IMG/VR virus record: IMGVR_UViG_3300012009_000060
Location: 1-53,003 of that record
Strand: one strand, 5' to 3'
Length of the DNA: 53,003 bases
From: a virus
Lineage: Duplodnaviria > Caudoviricetes
A program made the translations under genes and the position numbers. This document shows positions 1 to 8,578 of this stretch, piece by piece (positions within the stretch are counted from its first letter, which is position 1; the number at the start of each line of letters is the position of its first letter). The notes beneath the pieces were generated by a model. The model did no database searches. It had not been told where the DNA came from and saw only the letters and a list, made by a program, of their open reading frames with translations.

Positions 1-2006
1 CGAACGCCCTGCTGGCGGGCCCGCTCGGTGGTCGCGCGCAACTTCGTGTCTTCGCGTACCCGTTTGGCGCGACGCGCGGCGCGCGCATGAATGAGGGTTT
101 CTTCCGATGGGATTCGCGCTGCGGCCGGATCCGCCAGAAATTCACCCGTCCGTACTCGGTCGAGAATGCGGGTGGCTTCGGCCAGGAGGTCGTCGCGCAC
201 CACCCGGCCTTGCTTGGACACGCCCAGAAGGCGGGCGAAGAAGTCGCGGAGACGCTGCATGATGCTGCGCGCCTGGTGCGCAGACTGGGTCTGGACATCG
301 TTCAGGCCGCCGCGCAGGAACGGCATGTACACGTCACGCAGTAGCGCTTCCTGGAACGCACCGCTGCGCAGCCCGTTCCGCGGGGGGCCAAAGCCCAGTT
401 CCTCGCGGAACGTTGCCAAGGTCTGCAGCGATGCCGTGTCCAGCTGCCGCCCGAACGCGATATGCGCGGTTTCGTGCTCGATAACCTCTGCCACGTCTAC
501 CGCGTCGGATGACAGGTACACCAGGGTGTCGGTTCCCGGGAATAGCGGGTCATTCGCAGGTTCCGGGTCCATGACAATAGAACCCTGCACACTGCCTTCC
601 AGCTCGCGTGCGCGGCTCGCTTCTGACGCGCCCATCCAAGCCTTGAGGGAGTAGGTCTTACCGGAACGCCCCGTGAATACCCCACCCGGGCCAACCCCCA
701 GACTTTCCCACGCGTTGGCCGGATTCCGCGCCATCAGCCGGGCTGCTTCCATCGGGGACGCCACTACCGCGCTCAGCGTTCGCCCGGGCCCACCGTACGA
801 CACTCGGGCAGAGCCGCGGCCCACCAGCGACACCTTGGCACCGGGGAACCGGTCTTTGAGGGCTTCCACCGCCTCATCCCGGACTGCTTGAACTTGCCCC
901 TCTTCGACGCCCAGCGGCATGAGATCGGCCAGCGACACGGGCTGCGCAGAGGTGCGCGTTTCCGCGGGTTCGGGGGTGGCCGTGGCTTGTCCGGGTGCCA
1001 GCTTGTTTGCTACGGCTTCCACCAGGGCCCGTTGACGGGCTTTGAACTCGGTGTCGAACGAGGGCGGCGGACCGCGGCGGAAAGCGCTAACGCTGGCAGC
1101 CGGGCCAGAGACAATCGCGGACTGAATAGCCGTATCGATGAGGGTTTGCGCAAACTCCTGGGGAGTCGGCTGGGATACGCCCTGGTACCGGCTAAGCGTG
1201 TCCTGCAATACCGCTATCGATAGCTCTTCCAGCTGCTCACCAGACATCTCCAGCCCGGCGTAGGCCAGCCGTTTGCCCAAGTCCCGCGCGAAGACACGCG
1301 AACCCTCCAACGCGCTGCGCGCAAAGCCGCTTTCCAAGCCGCCCAAGCCTATGCGCTGGAACAGGGCCGTGACTGAGCCTTCGATTGCACCAGTGCCTAC
1401 TGCGTAGGTAATGGCATCCGCGGAGTCGAGGCCGGCGGCTTTGGCTTGGGCCAACGCATCGTTTGCCGACAACGCCGCTTGCCCGAGGATGATCCCAGCG
1501 CCGCCGGTGAGCCCCAGCGCCGCTACCGTGGTCGCAGACCCCGCAGCTCCTCGCAGCTGCCGGACTGTTTCTTTGGCCGCTTCAGGGATGGCAGAACGGC
1601 GCAGGATGTCGGCCTGCGCTTCGGCCATCAGGTTCCCCATGCGACTGAGTTCATCTGCACCAGCGCCCAGGGCGTCAGGGACTGCGTCGCCCCCTACCAG
1701 TGAAAGCGGGGATGTCACCAGTTGCCCGGCGCGCAGCCCGGCGGAAGCGAAGCGAGCACCCGTTTCAGGTATCACGGTGGCGCCCGGGGCCGATACCCCT
1801 AGCATCTCTTCTGTCCGCCGCGTCACCCGTGCTTGTTCGGCCTGCCGGGCCAGGGCTTCGCCAGCTTCACCGCGCAGGTCTGCCAGGTGCTGCTGCCAAA
1901 AGGTCATGGGTTCCGCTGCACGCGCGCGTTCGTGCTCGTCTACTCGTGTGCGCGCCTTCTTGCGTCTCCGCTCACGCGCTGCCAGCTGTTCCTGGAGCGT
2001 GGGCAT
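1..2006 (-). CDS. N-terminal part of a giant internal-virion/DNA-ejection (polyvalent-type) protein with a zincin HExxH motif; runs off the window start
   Basis: Not in the ORF track. ATG at 2006 overlaps the upstream stop (TAATG). I found no in-frame stop down to base 1. Translates MPTLQEQLAARE...VIEHETAHIAF...ERARQQGVR. Last gene of the virion operon; continues at 53003-50323. Confidence 0.75.
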   Translation of the reverse strand, partial: MPTLQEQLAARERRRKKARTRVDEHERARAAEPMTFWQQHLADLRGEAGEALARQAEQARVTRRTEEMLGVSAPGATVIPETGARFASAGLRAGQLVTSPLSLVGGDAVPDALGAGADELSRMGNLMAEAQADILRRSAIPEAAKETVRQLRGAAGSATTVAALGLTGGAGIILGQAALSANDALAQAKAAGLDSADAITYAVGTGAIEGSVTALFQRIGLGGLESGFARSALEGSRVFARDLGKRLAYAGLEMSGEQLEELSIAVLQDTLSRYQGVSQPTPQEFAQTLIDTAIQSAIVSGPAASVSAFRRGPPPSFDTEFKARQRALVEAVANKLAPGQATATPEPAETRTSAQPVSLADLMPLGVEEGQVQAVRDEAVEALKDRFPGAKVSLVGRGSARVSYGGPGRTLSAVVASPMEAARLMARNPANAWESLGVGPGGVFTGRSGKTYSLKAWMGASEASRARELEGSVQGSIVMDPEPANDPLFPGTDTLVYLSSDAVDVAEVIEHETAHIAFGRQLDTASLQTLATFREELGFGPPRNGLRSGAFQEALLRDVYMPFLRGGLNDVQTQSAHQARSIMQRLRDFFARLLGVSKQGRVVRDDLLAEATRILDRVRTGEFLADPAAARIPSEETLIHARAARRAKRVREDTKLRATTERARQQGV

Positions 2007-3535
2007 TACTGGTTGGCCTCCCGCATGTCACGGAGCCATGAGGGCGCGTCAGGGTTCGGCGGGGGCGCAAGGTACGTGGTTGGTTCGCCTCGACTCCCGG
2101 GAGTCTGGTTGGCGCGCTCCCGCTCTGCTTCCTCCCGCTCGTCCTGGCGGTCGATAATTGCGGCGCGCAGCTCTGCCATGTCCCGGTCCTCGGCATTGCG
2201 CACTCGCTGGCCCTCCCGGCGAGCCGAGGTGAACTCAGACCGCAAATCCGGGCTACGCTGCCCGCCCCGGCCAAACGCAATGAACACGCGGTCCACCTGT
2301 GCTTGCTGCCGCGGAGTGAGTTTGGCCATGGTCCGGGCCACGCGGCCGCCTTCCAGCGGAGCAGTGACCAGCACCATCCGATCACCGTCTGCGATGTCAG
2401 GGGCGGCCATCTTAAGGGCCGCAATCATGTCGGCGTCGCGCTCCTCTACGCCCTCGGGCCGCAGCGAGATGAGACGCTGCACCCCGCTCGGGGTCGCATC
2501 CAGCCCGGCCTGGGCCAGATTCCTCGCGTACCCGTCAAAGCGCAGCTTGTTGTCTCCGGTCGCACGCCCGATAGCGTCCAACACCGACTCCCCGCCCACG
2601 ATGAAGCCTGCGGCGAGCTGGTCCCGCTCCAAGCGCGAGGCTTCGGGCATGTGACGCTTAAGTGCTTCGCGCTCGCCTGTTGTGGAGTTGTACAGCCCCG
2701 GGGGCGCTTCCTTGCCGGTACGCTTCTGGTACTCCGCGTCGATCATCGCTTTGGCGGTTTCCTCTTCCGGCATGTGCTCGTACACCTCGGTGAGTTTGTC
2801 GGTCACCGCCTGCTGGATGGTGCGGATGTTCGGGTCAAACCCTGGGAAAGCCTGCCTGGCGCGCGCTACGGCGGCCTGTTCGACTTGCTCGCCCTCCAGC
2901 CCCATCTCACTGGCCAGCTGCCGGGTGGCCTCCATGATGGATTGCGGGCCCGCGCCGGCGGCGTCCGCGCGCATTTGCCGGTCCAGCTGCTCCACCCGCG
3001 CGCCCAACTCCATGAGATCTTCTTCTTGGAAGTCAAACCGGCTCATGTGGTAGGCGTTGAGCGCGTCTTTCACCGCGGCAGCCGCTACGGGGAGCGTCGG
3101 ATCATTGGCAATCTGCCACATGGTGTTAACGACGCGATCCTTGGCTTCCTGCGACCCCTCCTGCGAGTCCATGTCAGCAATCGTCTGGGCCTCAGGCGGG
3201 AGCACGGTATCTTGAACGAATGCCGCGGGTTCTGGGGGGTTCTCTCCCTGCTTCCGGGCTGCGGCCGTCTCTTCGAGCTGCTGCGCGTAGCGCGGGTTGA
3301 CGCGGGTTTTGGTGTTCGGGTCGCGGCCGGGGGTTTGCCGGGCCGTTTCCACCTGGCCCTGCAGGTCCACCTGAAGTTCCGCAATCCGCTGGTCTTTCGC
3401 TGCCGCTTCCCGTGCTTCTTCGTCTTCGCGCTCAGAACGTAGTTCCGCCCGGCGGTCGAAGCCATCTGAGATATCCCGCGCCAGCCCGGCCAAACCGGGG
3501 ACGACTCCACGGGTGAATACTACTGGATCAGCCAT
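2006..3535 (-). CDS. putative internal virion (ejection) protein, 509 aa
   Basis: Helical A/E/Q/R-rich ORF with GGAGG RBS; position after tail genes is typical of podovirus ejection proteins. Confidence 0.6.
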   Translation of the reverse strand: MADPVVFTRGVVPGLAGLARDISDGFDRRAELRSEREDEEAREAAAKDQRIAELQVDLQGQVETARQTPGRDPNTKTRVNPRYAQQLEETAAARKQGENPPEPAAFVQDTVLPPEAQTIADMDSQEGSQEAKDRVVNTMWQIANDPTLPVAAAAVKDALNAYHMSRFDFQEEDLMELGARVEQLDRQMRADAAGAGPQSIMEATRQLASEMGLEGEQVEQAAVARARQAFPGFDPNIRTIQQAVTDKLTEVYEHMPEEETAKAMIDAEYQKRTGKEAPPGLYNSTTGEREALKRHMPEASRLERDQLAAGFIVGGESVLDAIGRATGDNKLRFDGYARNLAQAGLDATPSGVQRLISLRPEGVEERDADMIAALKMAAPDIADGDRMVLVTAPLEGGRVARTMAKLTPRQQAQVDRVFIAFGRGGQRSPDLRSEFTSARREGQRVRNAEDRDMAELRAAIIDRQDEREEAERERANQTPGSRGEPTTYLAPPPNPDAPSWLRDMREANQ

Positions 3536-3553
3536 GCCGTGTTTCCTCCAGCG

Positions 3554-4243
3554 TTATTTGCCCATGCCGCCGCCCAGCAGCCCACCGCCGACTTGCTGCG
3601 CGAGGCCGCCAAACGCGTTGAGGATAGCGCCACGCTGCGACGCCTGTTTCAGATCGTTCTGGAATTCGAACTCGGCCTTCTGCTGCTCAGAAAACAGGCG
3701 CATCCGGTCTTGCTCAAAGAGCATGCGGGCTTCTGCCAGGTCGGGGGCCCGCAGCTCCTTCAGATTGCCCTCACGCATGGTTTCACGCTGGGCCTCCTGC
3801 GTGGAAGCCTGCCCCGCAAGCTGTTCCTGTGTGGCTACGGCCGGGGCTGTCTGCTGTTGCACTTCGGCCGCGACCCGGTCCTGGACCCCGCCACCCGCCA
3901 TCGCCCCCGCGGGGGCAGTCGGAGCTGGGGCCATAGAGTCCAAAGCCGCTTCGGCCCCGGCCATCTCGGCCCGGAACATTTCCACCCCCTCTTCCCGGGG
4001 GTTCTCTTGCGCCAGCTCGATGCCCAGTTCTTTCAGGCGCTGCGTCTTCGCCGCGTCGGCATCAAACAGCATGGCCAGCTCGCGCTCTCGTGAGTCCACC
4101 CGCTGGCCCAGTTCGGCCTTGGCAGCCCGTTCGCGGTTCGCGGTGGTGCGGCGGATCGCGTCTTCCTGCTGGCCACCGGCTACCTCGCGCGCGCCGGTAC
4201 CGGCAGCGATGAGCGCAGCACCCGCAAGCTGTTGCAATACCAT
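3554..4243 (-). CDS. putative internal virion (ejection) protein, 229 aa
   Basis: Hydrophobic Gly/Ala N-terminus, coiled-coil Q/E/A body, Gly-rich C-terminus; coupled to the upstream gene. Confidence 0.6.
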   Translation of the reverse strand: MVLQQLAGAALIAAGTGAREVAGGQQEDAIRRTTANRERAAKAELGQRVDSRERELAMLFDADAAKTQRLKELGIELAQENPREEGVEMFRAEMAGAEAALDSMAPAPTAPAGAMAGGGVQDRVAAEVQQQTAPAVATQEQLAGQASTQEAQRETMREGNLKELRAPDLAEARMLFEQDRMRLFSEQQKAEFEFQNDLKQASQRGAILNAFGGLAQQVGGGLLGGGMGK

Positions 4244-4905
4244 TACTGCTTCTCCTCCGCGCCAGCGCCACTGTTGCCAATGGCGTTCTTCACCCCCGGG
4301 CCCACCGCATCGAACAAGGACCGAATGTTCTGCGCCCGGCCCTGCGCGCGGGCATCGTCGGCCGCTAGGTTGATGCGGCGGGACTGGTTTTCGATGTCGT
4401 ACATCCCCAGCTGTTCTTGGGCAATGCCCATGCGGGCGCGGTCGATGTCGCTTTGGAAGGTTGTGGGCTGCTCCAGCTGTTCTTGCACCCGGAACAGCGG
4501 CGCCAGCTCGGCTTCGCGCTGCTGAGTGGCGGTCTGCTGCGCCTGGTTAATGACTTGCGCGCTTTCGACTTCCGCCTGGCCTTGCGCCTCCTGTGTGCGT
4601 TCAATCTGGCGGGAGCCGCCGGTCACCCCCCGCCGGGCCGCATCAAAGGCAGCCGCGCGCTGCGCCTGCCGCAAGCGTTGAGCTACGCCAGCCAGCCCTG
4701 CGTCTCGCAAGGTTTCGAACGCCAGCTGTGCGCGCAGCGTGGCCATGGTTTGTGCGCTGTCGAGCACGTCCCCGAACTCGGCCTGCTGTGTGGCCTGACT
4801 GGTTGCCTGCTGAGCGAGCAACGAGGACCGATCAACACGCCCGAGCCCCACAGCGAAACGCTGCCGGTCAATCTCAGCCAGTGCTTGTTCTTCGGGTGTT
4901 GCCAT
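4243..4905 (-). CDS. putative internal virion (ejection) protein
   Basis: Q/A-rich coiled-coil with an ARRGVTGGS motif, resembling phage DNA-transfer proteins; start taken at ATG 4905 (MATPEEQ). Confidence 0.55.
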   Translation of the reverse strand: MATPEEQALAEIDRQRFAVGLGRVDRSSLLAQQATSQATQQAEFGDVLDSAQTMATLRAQLAFETLRDAGLAGVAQRLRQAQRAAAFDAARRGVTGGSRQIERTQEAQGQAEVESAQVINQAQQTATQQREAELAPLFRVQEQLEQPTTFQSDIDRARMGIAQEQLGMYDIENQSRRINLAADDARAQGRAQNIRSLFDAVGPGVKNAIGNSGAGAEEKQ

Positions 4906-4909
4906 AGTA

Positions 4910-7147
4910 CTAGGAGTCCCACGCGCCACGGGTGTCAAGGCATTGGAGCTGTGCGGCGGTGAGTGTGCGGGTGGTTGCAGTTCCCGGGCCCCCAGCGTCG
5001 CCGCCTTCGCTGCCCGCTCCTCCTGTCGCAGTGGTTACCGTGGTGCCGGCGGGGGCTGGAGCGAGCACGACAGCCAGCCCGCCGCCGCCTCCGGTACCTG
5101 GGTCGTCATTGGCCCCAGATACGCCACCGCGTGCGTACAGAGTCCCGCCGCCTGTGTGCGTGCCAAAGATGGTGATCCGGACCGAACCGGCCCCGGCGCC
5201 CGAGCCCGGGTGACTGCTGCCAGAACTGGAGCCGTCGCCGCCCGCTCCCCCGTCGACGAGGAATGTAGAGCCGGTAAGATCCCCGTCTCCACGGCACGTT
5301 ACGCGGATTACCCCGCCCCCCGTACCTTTGGCGCCACCAGTGCCTACGCTCCCGCCGTAGTACCCATCTTGGCCGTCTTGGCCCCCAACCAGCGGCCGCA
5401 GTTCCGGACGCGCCGCGCCGGCAAGCAGGTAATCACTGGTCGTCCGGTCACCGCCGAGGCCTCCACCGTGGGGGCCGTTACCGCCGGCCGGCGGGTCTTC
5501 ACCACCGGAAGCAATGGCTTCATCCGCACCGTCGGTCCCGCGTGCCCGGAAGTCACAGTTGATGATGGACACGTCGCCAGAGCTGTCGACAACGATTGTC
5601 CCCCCGCCGGAAGCCGTCACATCGGCCGAATCCGCGAAAGACACGCTGCCCGCATTCGCAGTAAACGAAGCGGTCTTGCCACTGCCAACGGTAACAGCCG
5701 CGCTGGAACCCGCAGTAATGTTCCCGGCGGTCGATCGCAACGTGACGTCGCCGGCCGCTGTCAAGTTGGCGGAGTAGGAAATGTTGCCGTTGGCGTTGAT
5801 AGTAAGGTTGTTCACGGACAGCGCGGCACTGATCGAGACATCGCCGTCAGATTCAATGTAGAGGTCGTAGGTCGCACCGGTAATCGCGCCGGTAACGGTC
5901 ACGTTGCCCGAGGAATACACCCAGGTGTCGTCCCCCAAGGTCGTGGCGCTGCCGATTTGCACGGCCGTCGCGTGGTACACGCCCCCGTCCGTGATGCTTG
6001 TGATGGCTCCCGACAGATTGCACGACCCGAATACCGTTCCTTCCGTGCTCTCAAGAAGCGCTGACAGACGCGCAATCTCGCTGTCCAGCGTGCGCTTGTT
6101 CACGACATGATCCGAGTCCGTCGGGTTGGGCACCCCGTAGAATGTCGGCACGTTTACATCAGCCGGAGCCCCGCCGCCAGTCTGGTCCGTGTCTGCATCC
6201 GCATCCGTGGTGGTGCCCATGCTGACGGGGCCGGTCAACGACCCTTCGGTAATTGATTTCTTCGTGCCGGTCAGGTGGAGACGCTGATCCGCGATCCCGT
6301 CGGTGTACTGCTTGTTGACGGCATCCTGGGGGTTGTCCGGATCCGCGAGGTTCCGAATGGAAAACAGCGACATGTTGATGTCGCCGGCCATCACGCCCCC
6401 GGACAGGGCCAGGAACGAGTTGCTCAGGTTCCCTAGCACGCTGGTAAGGTCGTTCAGCTGGGCGACGGTCGCCGGGTGGTGGGTTTCCGTGCCATCGGGC
6501 AGGTTCGTCAGGTGGTACCCGCCCATCGACTGGTCAGCTGCGAAGGTTACGGTGCCATCTGCCAGAATGGCGTCGCTGATGGCGGCCAGACTGGCAGTCA
6601 GCGTCGCAATGTCGCCGGCGCTCTCCGCCAACGCTCCCTCGACATCATCAGCGGTAAACAGCCCGAGCGCGTCTTCAATGCCGGAAAGGGAGGCCCCCAT
6701 GCCGGCAGCCGTAGACGCAAGATCCGCCCGCAAGCCCGCGGCACCGTTCGTCAGGTACACCACCACGACCGTCCCGGCGGTCTGAGCCGGGATTGTGACC
6801 TTGTCGGTATCCAGGGTGACCAGGGACGGATCGATGAGCGTGCCGCCTGAGAACACACGGGCGGTGTCTGTGGCCACCACCGCGGTCGTGCCAGAAGGAA
6901 ACTCGAACTCAGTCTGGCCGGCGGTCGCGCTATACCGCAGCTCCTCCACAATTTCCTGCGCCACCGCTTCCAGCGGCTTCCACCGGGTGTCAGCCGCGAA
7001 GCCGGCACGGATGAAGGTGCGAATCTGGTTTGTGGTTTCCGCGATGTTGGCCAATTCCAAAGCCAGCTTGCGCGGGTCGAAAGTCTCACCGCGGGCGGCG
7101 GCTGCCGCGAAGTCGTACACTGGGATGTAGCGCCAAGGGTAAGCCAT
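4910..7147 (-). CDS. tail fibre/spike protein, 745 aa
   Basis: ATAGQTEF N-terminal motif, repeated knot motifs (HPATVAQL, DAVNKQY, HVVNKRT), beta-helix-like and Gly-rich C-terminus. Confidence 0.7.
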   Translation of the reverse strand: MAYPWRYIPVYDFAAAAARGETFDPRKLALELANIAETTNQIRTFIRAGFAADTRWKPLEAVAQEIVEELRYSATAGQTEFEFPSGTTAVVATDTARVFSGGTLIDPSLVTLDTDKVTIPAQTAGTVVVVYLTNGAAGLRADLASTAAGMGASLSGIEDALGLFTADDVEGALAESAGDIATLTASLAAISDAILADGTVTFAADQSMGGYHLTNLPDGTETHHPATVAQLNDLTSVLGNLSNSFLALSGGVMAGDINMSLFSIRNLADPDNPQDAVNKQYTDGIADQRLHLTGTKKSITEGSLTGPVSMGTTTDADADTDQTGGGAPADVNVPTFYGVPNPTDSDHVVNKRTLDSEIARLSALLESTEGTVFGSCNLSGAITSITDGGVYHATAVQIGSATTLGDDTWVYSSGNVTVTGAITGATYDLYIESDGDVSISAALSVNNLTINANGNISYSANLTAAGDVTLRSTAGNITAGSSAAVTVGSGKTASFTANAGSVSFADSADVTASGGGTIVVDSSGDVSIINCDFRARGTDGADEAIASGGEDPPAGGNGPHGGGLGGDRTTSDYLLAGAARPELRPLVGGQDGQDGYYGGSVGTGGAKGTGGGVIRVTCRGDGDLTGSTFLVDGGAGGDGSSSGSSHPGSGAGAGSVRITIFGTHTGGGTLYARGGVSGANDDPGTGGGGGLAVVLAPAPAGTTVTTATGGAGSEGGDAGGPGTATTRTLTAAQLQCLDTRGAWDS

Positions 7148-8577
7148 TAGAGGACCTCCGCTTCAAGAGCAATCCCGGTAAGTTCGTAACTGCCGGTTCC
7201 CGCTCCCTGTAAGGATACCGCTTCGCTGGTCGCAAACAATGGAATCTGCCCAAATGCGTCCGAATCCCCCTCTTGCACCCCCACGGTGGCGAAAGTGTCG
7301 GGGTCCCGCGGATTTACCGCGATGGATAGATCAGTCTTGCCATCTTGAACCAGGTGAAGGGTACGGAATTGTTTGCGGCGGAAGGGGTCGCCCCCGTTGA
7401 CGGCCTGGGTCTGCCATGTCCACGTGAAGGGGACAGAGGAATCAGCGCTCGAATCAAAATCGAATCGGTACACGCCATGGTCGGTGCCGCGGGCGTGCAG
7501 CACTCCGTCATTGATTGCCCACTGCTCCACGCTGAAGGGGAGGGTCCAGGTGGTCCAGCCGCGGACATCCTGATACGGGCTGGCGGTGAACGCGTAGACG
7601 GTGGAGCCGAAAGCTACTAGGTACTGACTCGTAGCTGGGAAGTAGATAGCGCGTGCTTGCGTCGCGGTTTCTGCTTCAGTCAATTCTAGCACCGGAGCCC
7701 CGACATTCAGTTCCTGAGACGACGCTACCGAGGTAGCCGCGCTCAGCGACGAGATGCCGCCGCGGGACACGAAGAACACGTCCCCTCGCACATTGGTCAG
7801 CGCTTCTTTGACGGTGGTGCCCACCCCTTCCAAGGTTTCGATCGAGTAGATGTTATCCGGGTTCGGGGCCACCGACCAGATTTGCACCGCGTCCCCAAAG
7901 AAGACCGCCAGCCAACGCCGGTACCGGATCACCCCGGTAATGGTGCGCGAACCGCCAATGTTGTTGAGCACTGGGATGAACCCAGCATCGGCGAGTTCTG
8001 TCCAGTTGGACGGGCCCTTGACCGTTGAGGAAAACCGCACCACCCCAGTAGCCTGGTCAGGAGTCCACAGCTTCTCTTCCAGCTTCTCCAGCCCTCCAGT
8101 AGGGATGAAGGGCAGCACCACGCGTGTGTCAACTGCTTCCTCCCCAGTGTCCGGGCGGTTGACAATGTAGTGGTGCTCTATGGAAGTTGCCCCGCCGCGT
8201 GTGACCCGGATTGCCAGGTACGGCGTGGCCTCAATGGCAGAAGCCCCGTAGACTTCGGCCCCCTCCAGGGCCTGCAGGCTGTCGCGCTCGTAAATCGTGC
8301 CGTCCCCGATGAAGTTGGTCAGCACGTAGGGGATGCGCCGGTACAAGTCCAAATGCCCGGCCGGCGCCACCGTTTGCAAGCTGCCGTTGGCCGCGAACAA
8401 GCCCACCGACTCAGACGGCAGCTGGGCAATCTTCGCGGTCCCGGGCCGGCTGCGAAGGGTCCCGCCAACGGATAGTGACAGGTTGTTGGCCCGCCACATC
8501 GTGTTCTCGTCGGCAAGACTGCGATCGCGGCGCCGGTCGATCCCGGTAAAGCGCTGAATGGTGTAGCGTCGGGGCAT
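7147..8577 (-). CDS. tail tube/nozzle protein (P22 gp10 / T7 gp12-like)
   Basis: FTGID...N...GTLRSRPG N-terminus, beta-propeller-like body, GWTTW motif; synteny; start moved to ATG 8577. Confidence 0.6.
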   Translation of the reverse strand: MPRRYTIQRFTGIDRRRDRSLADENTMWRANNLSLSVGGTLRSRPGTAKIAQLPSESVGLFAANGSLQTVAPAGHLDLYRRIPYVLTNFIGDGTIYERDSLQALEGAEVYGASAIEATPYLAIRVTRGGATSIEHHYIVNRPDTGEEAVDTRVVLPFIPTGGLEKLEEKLWTPDQATGVVRFSSTVKGPSNWTELADAGFIPVLNNIGGSRTITGVIRYRRWLAVFFGDAVQIWSVAPNPDNIYSIETLEGVGTTVKEALTNVRGDVFFVSRGGISSLSAATSVASSQELNVGAPVLELTEAETATQARAIYFPATSQYLVAFGSTVYAFTASPYQDVRGWTTWTLPFSVEQWAINDGVLHARGTDHGVYRFDFDSSADSSVPFTWTWQTQAVNGGDPFRRKQFRTLHLVQDGKTDLSIAVNPRDPDTFATVGVQEGDSDAFGQIPLFATSEAVSLQGAGTGSYELTGIALEAEVL

Positions 8578-8578
8578 A

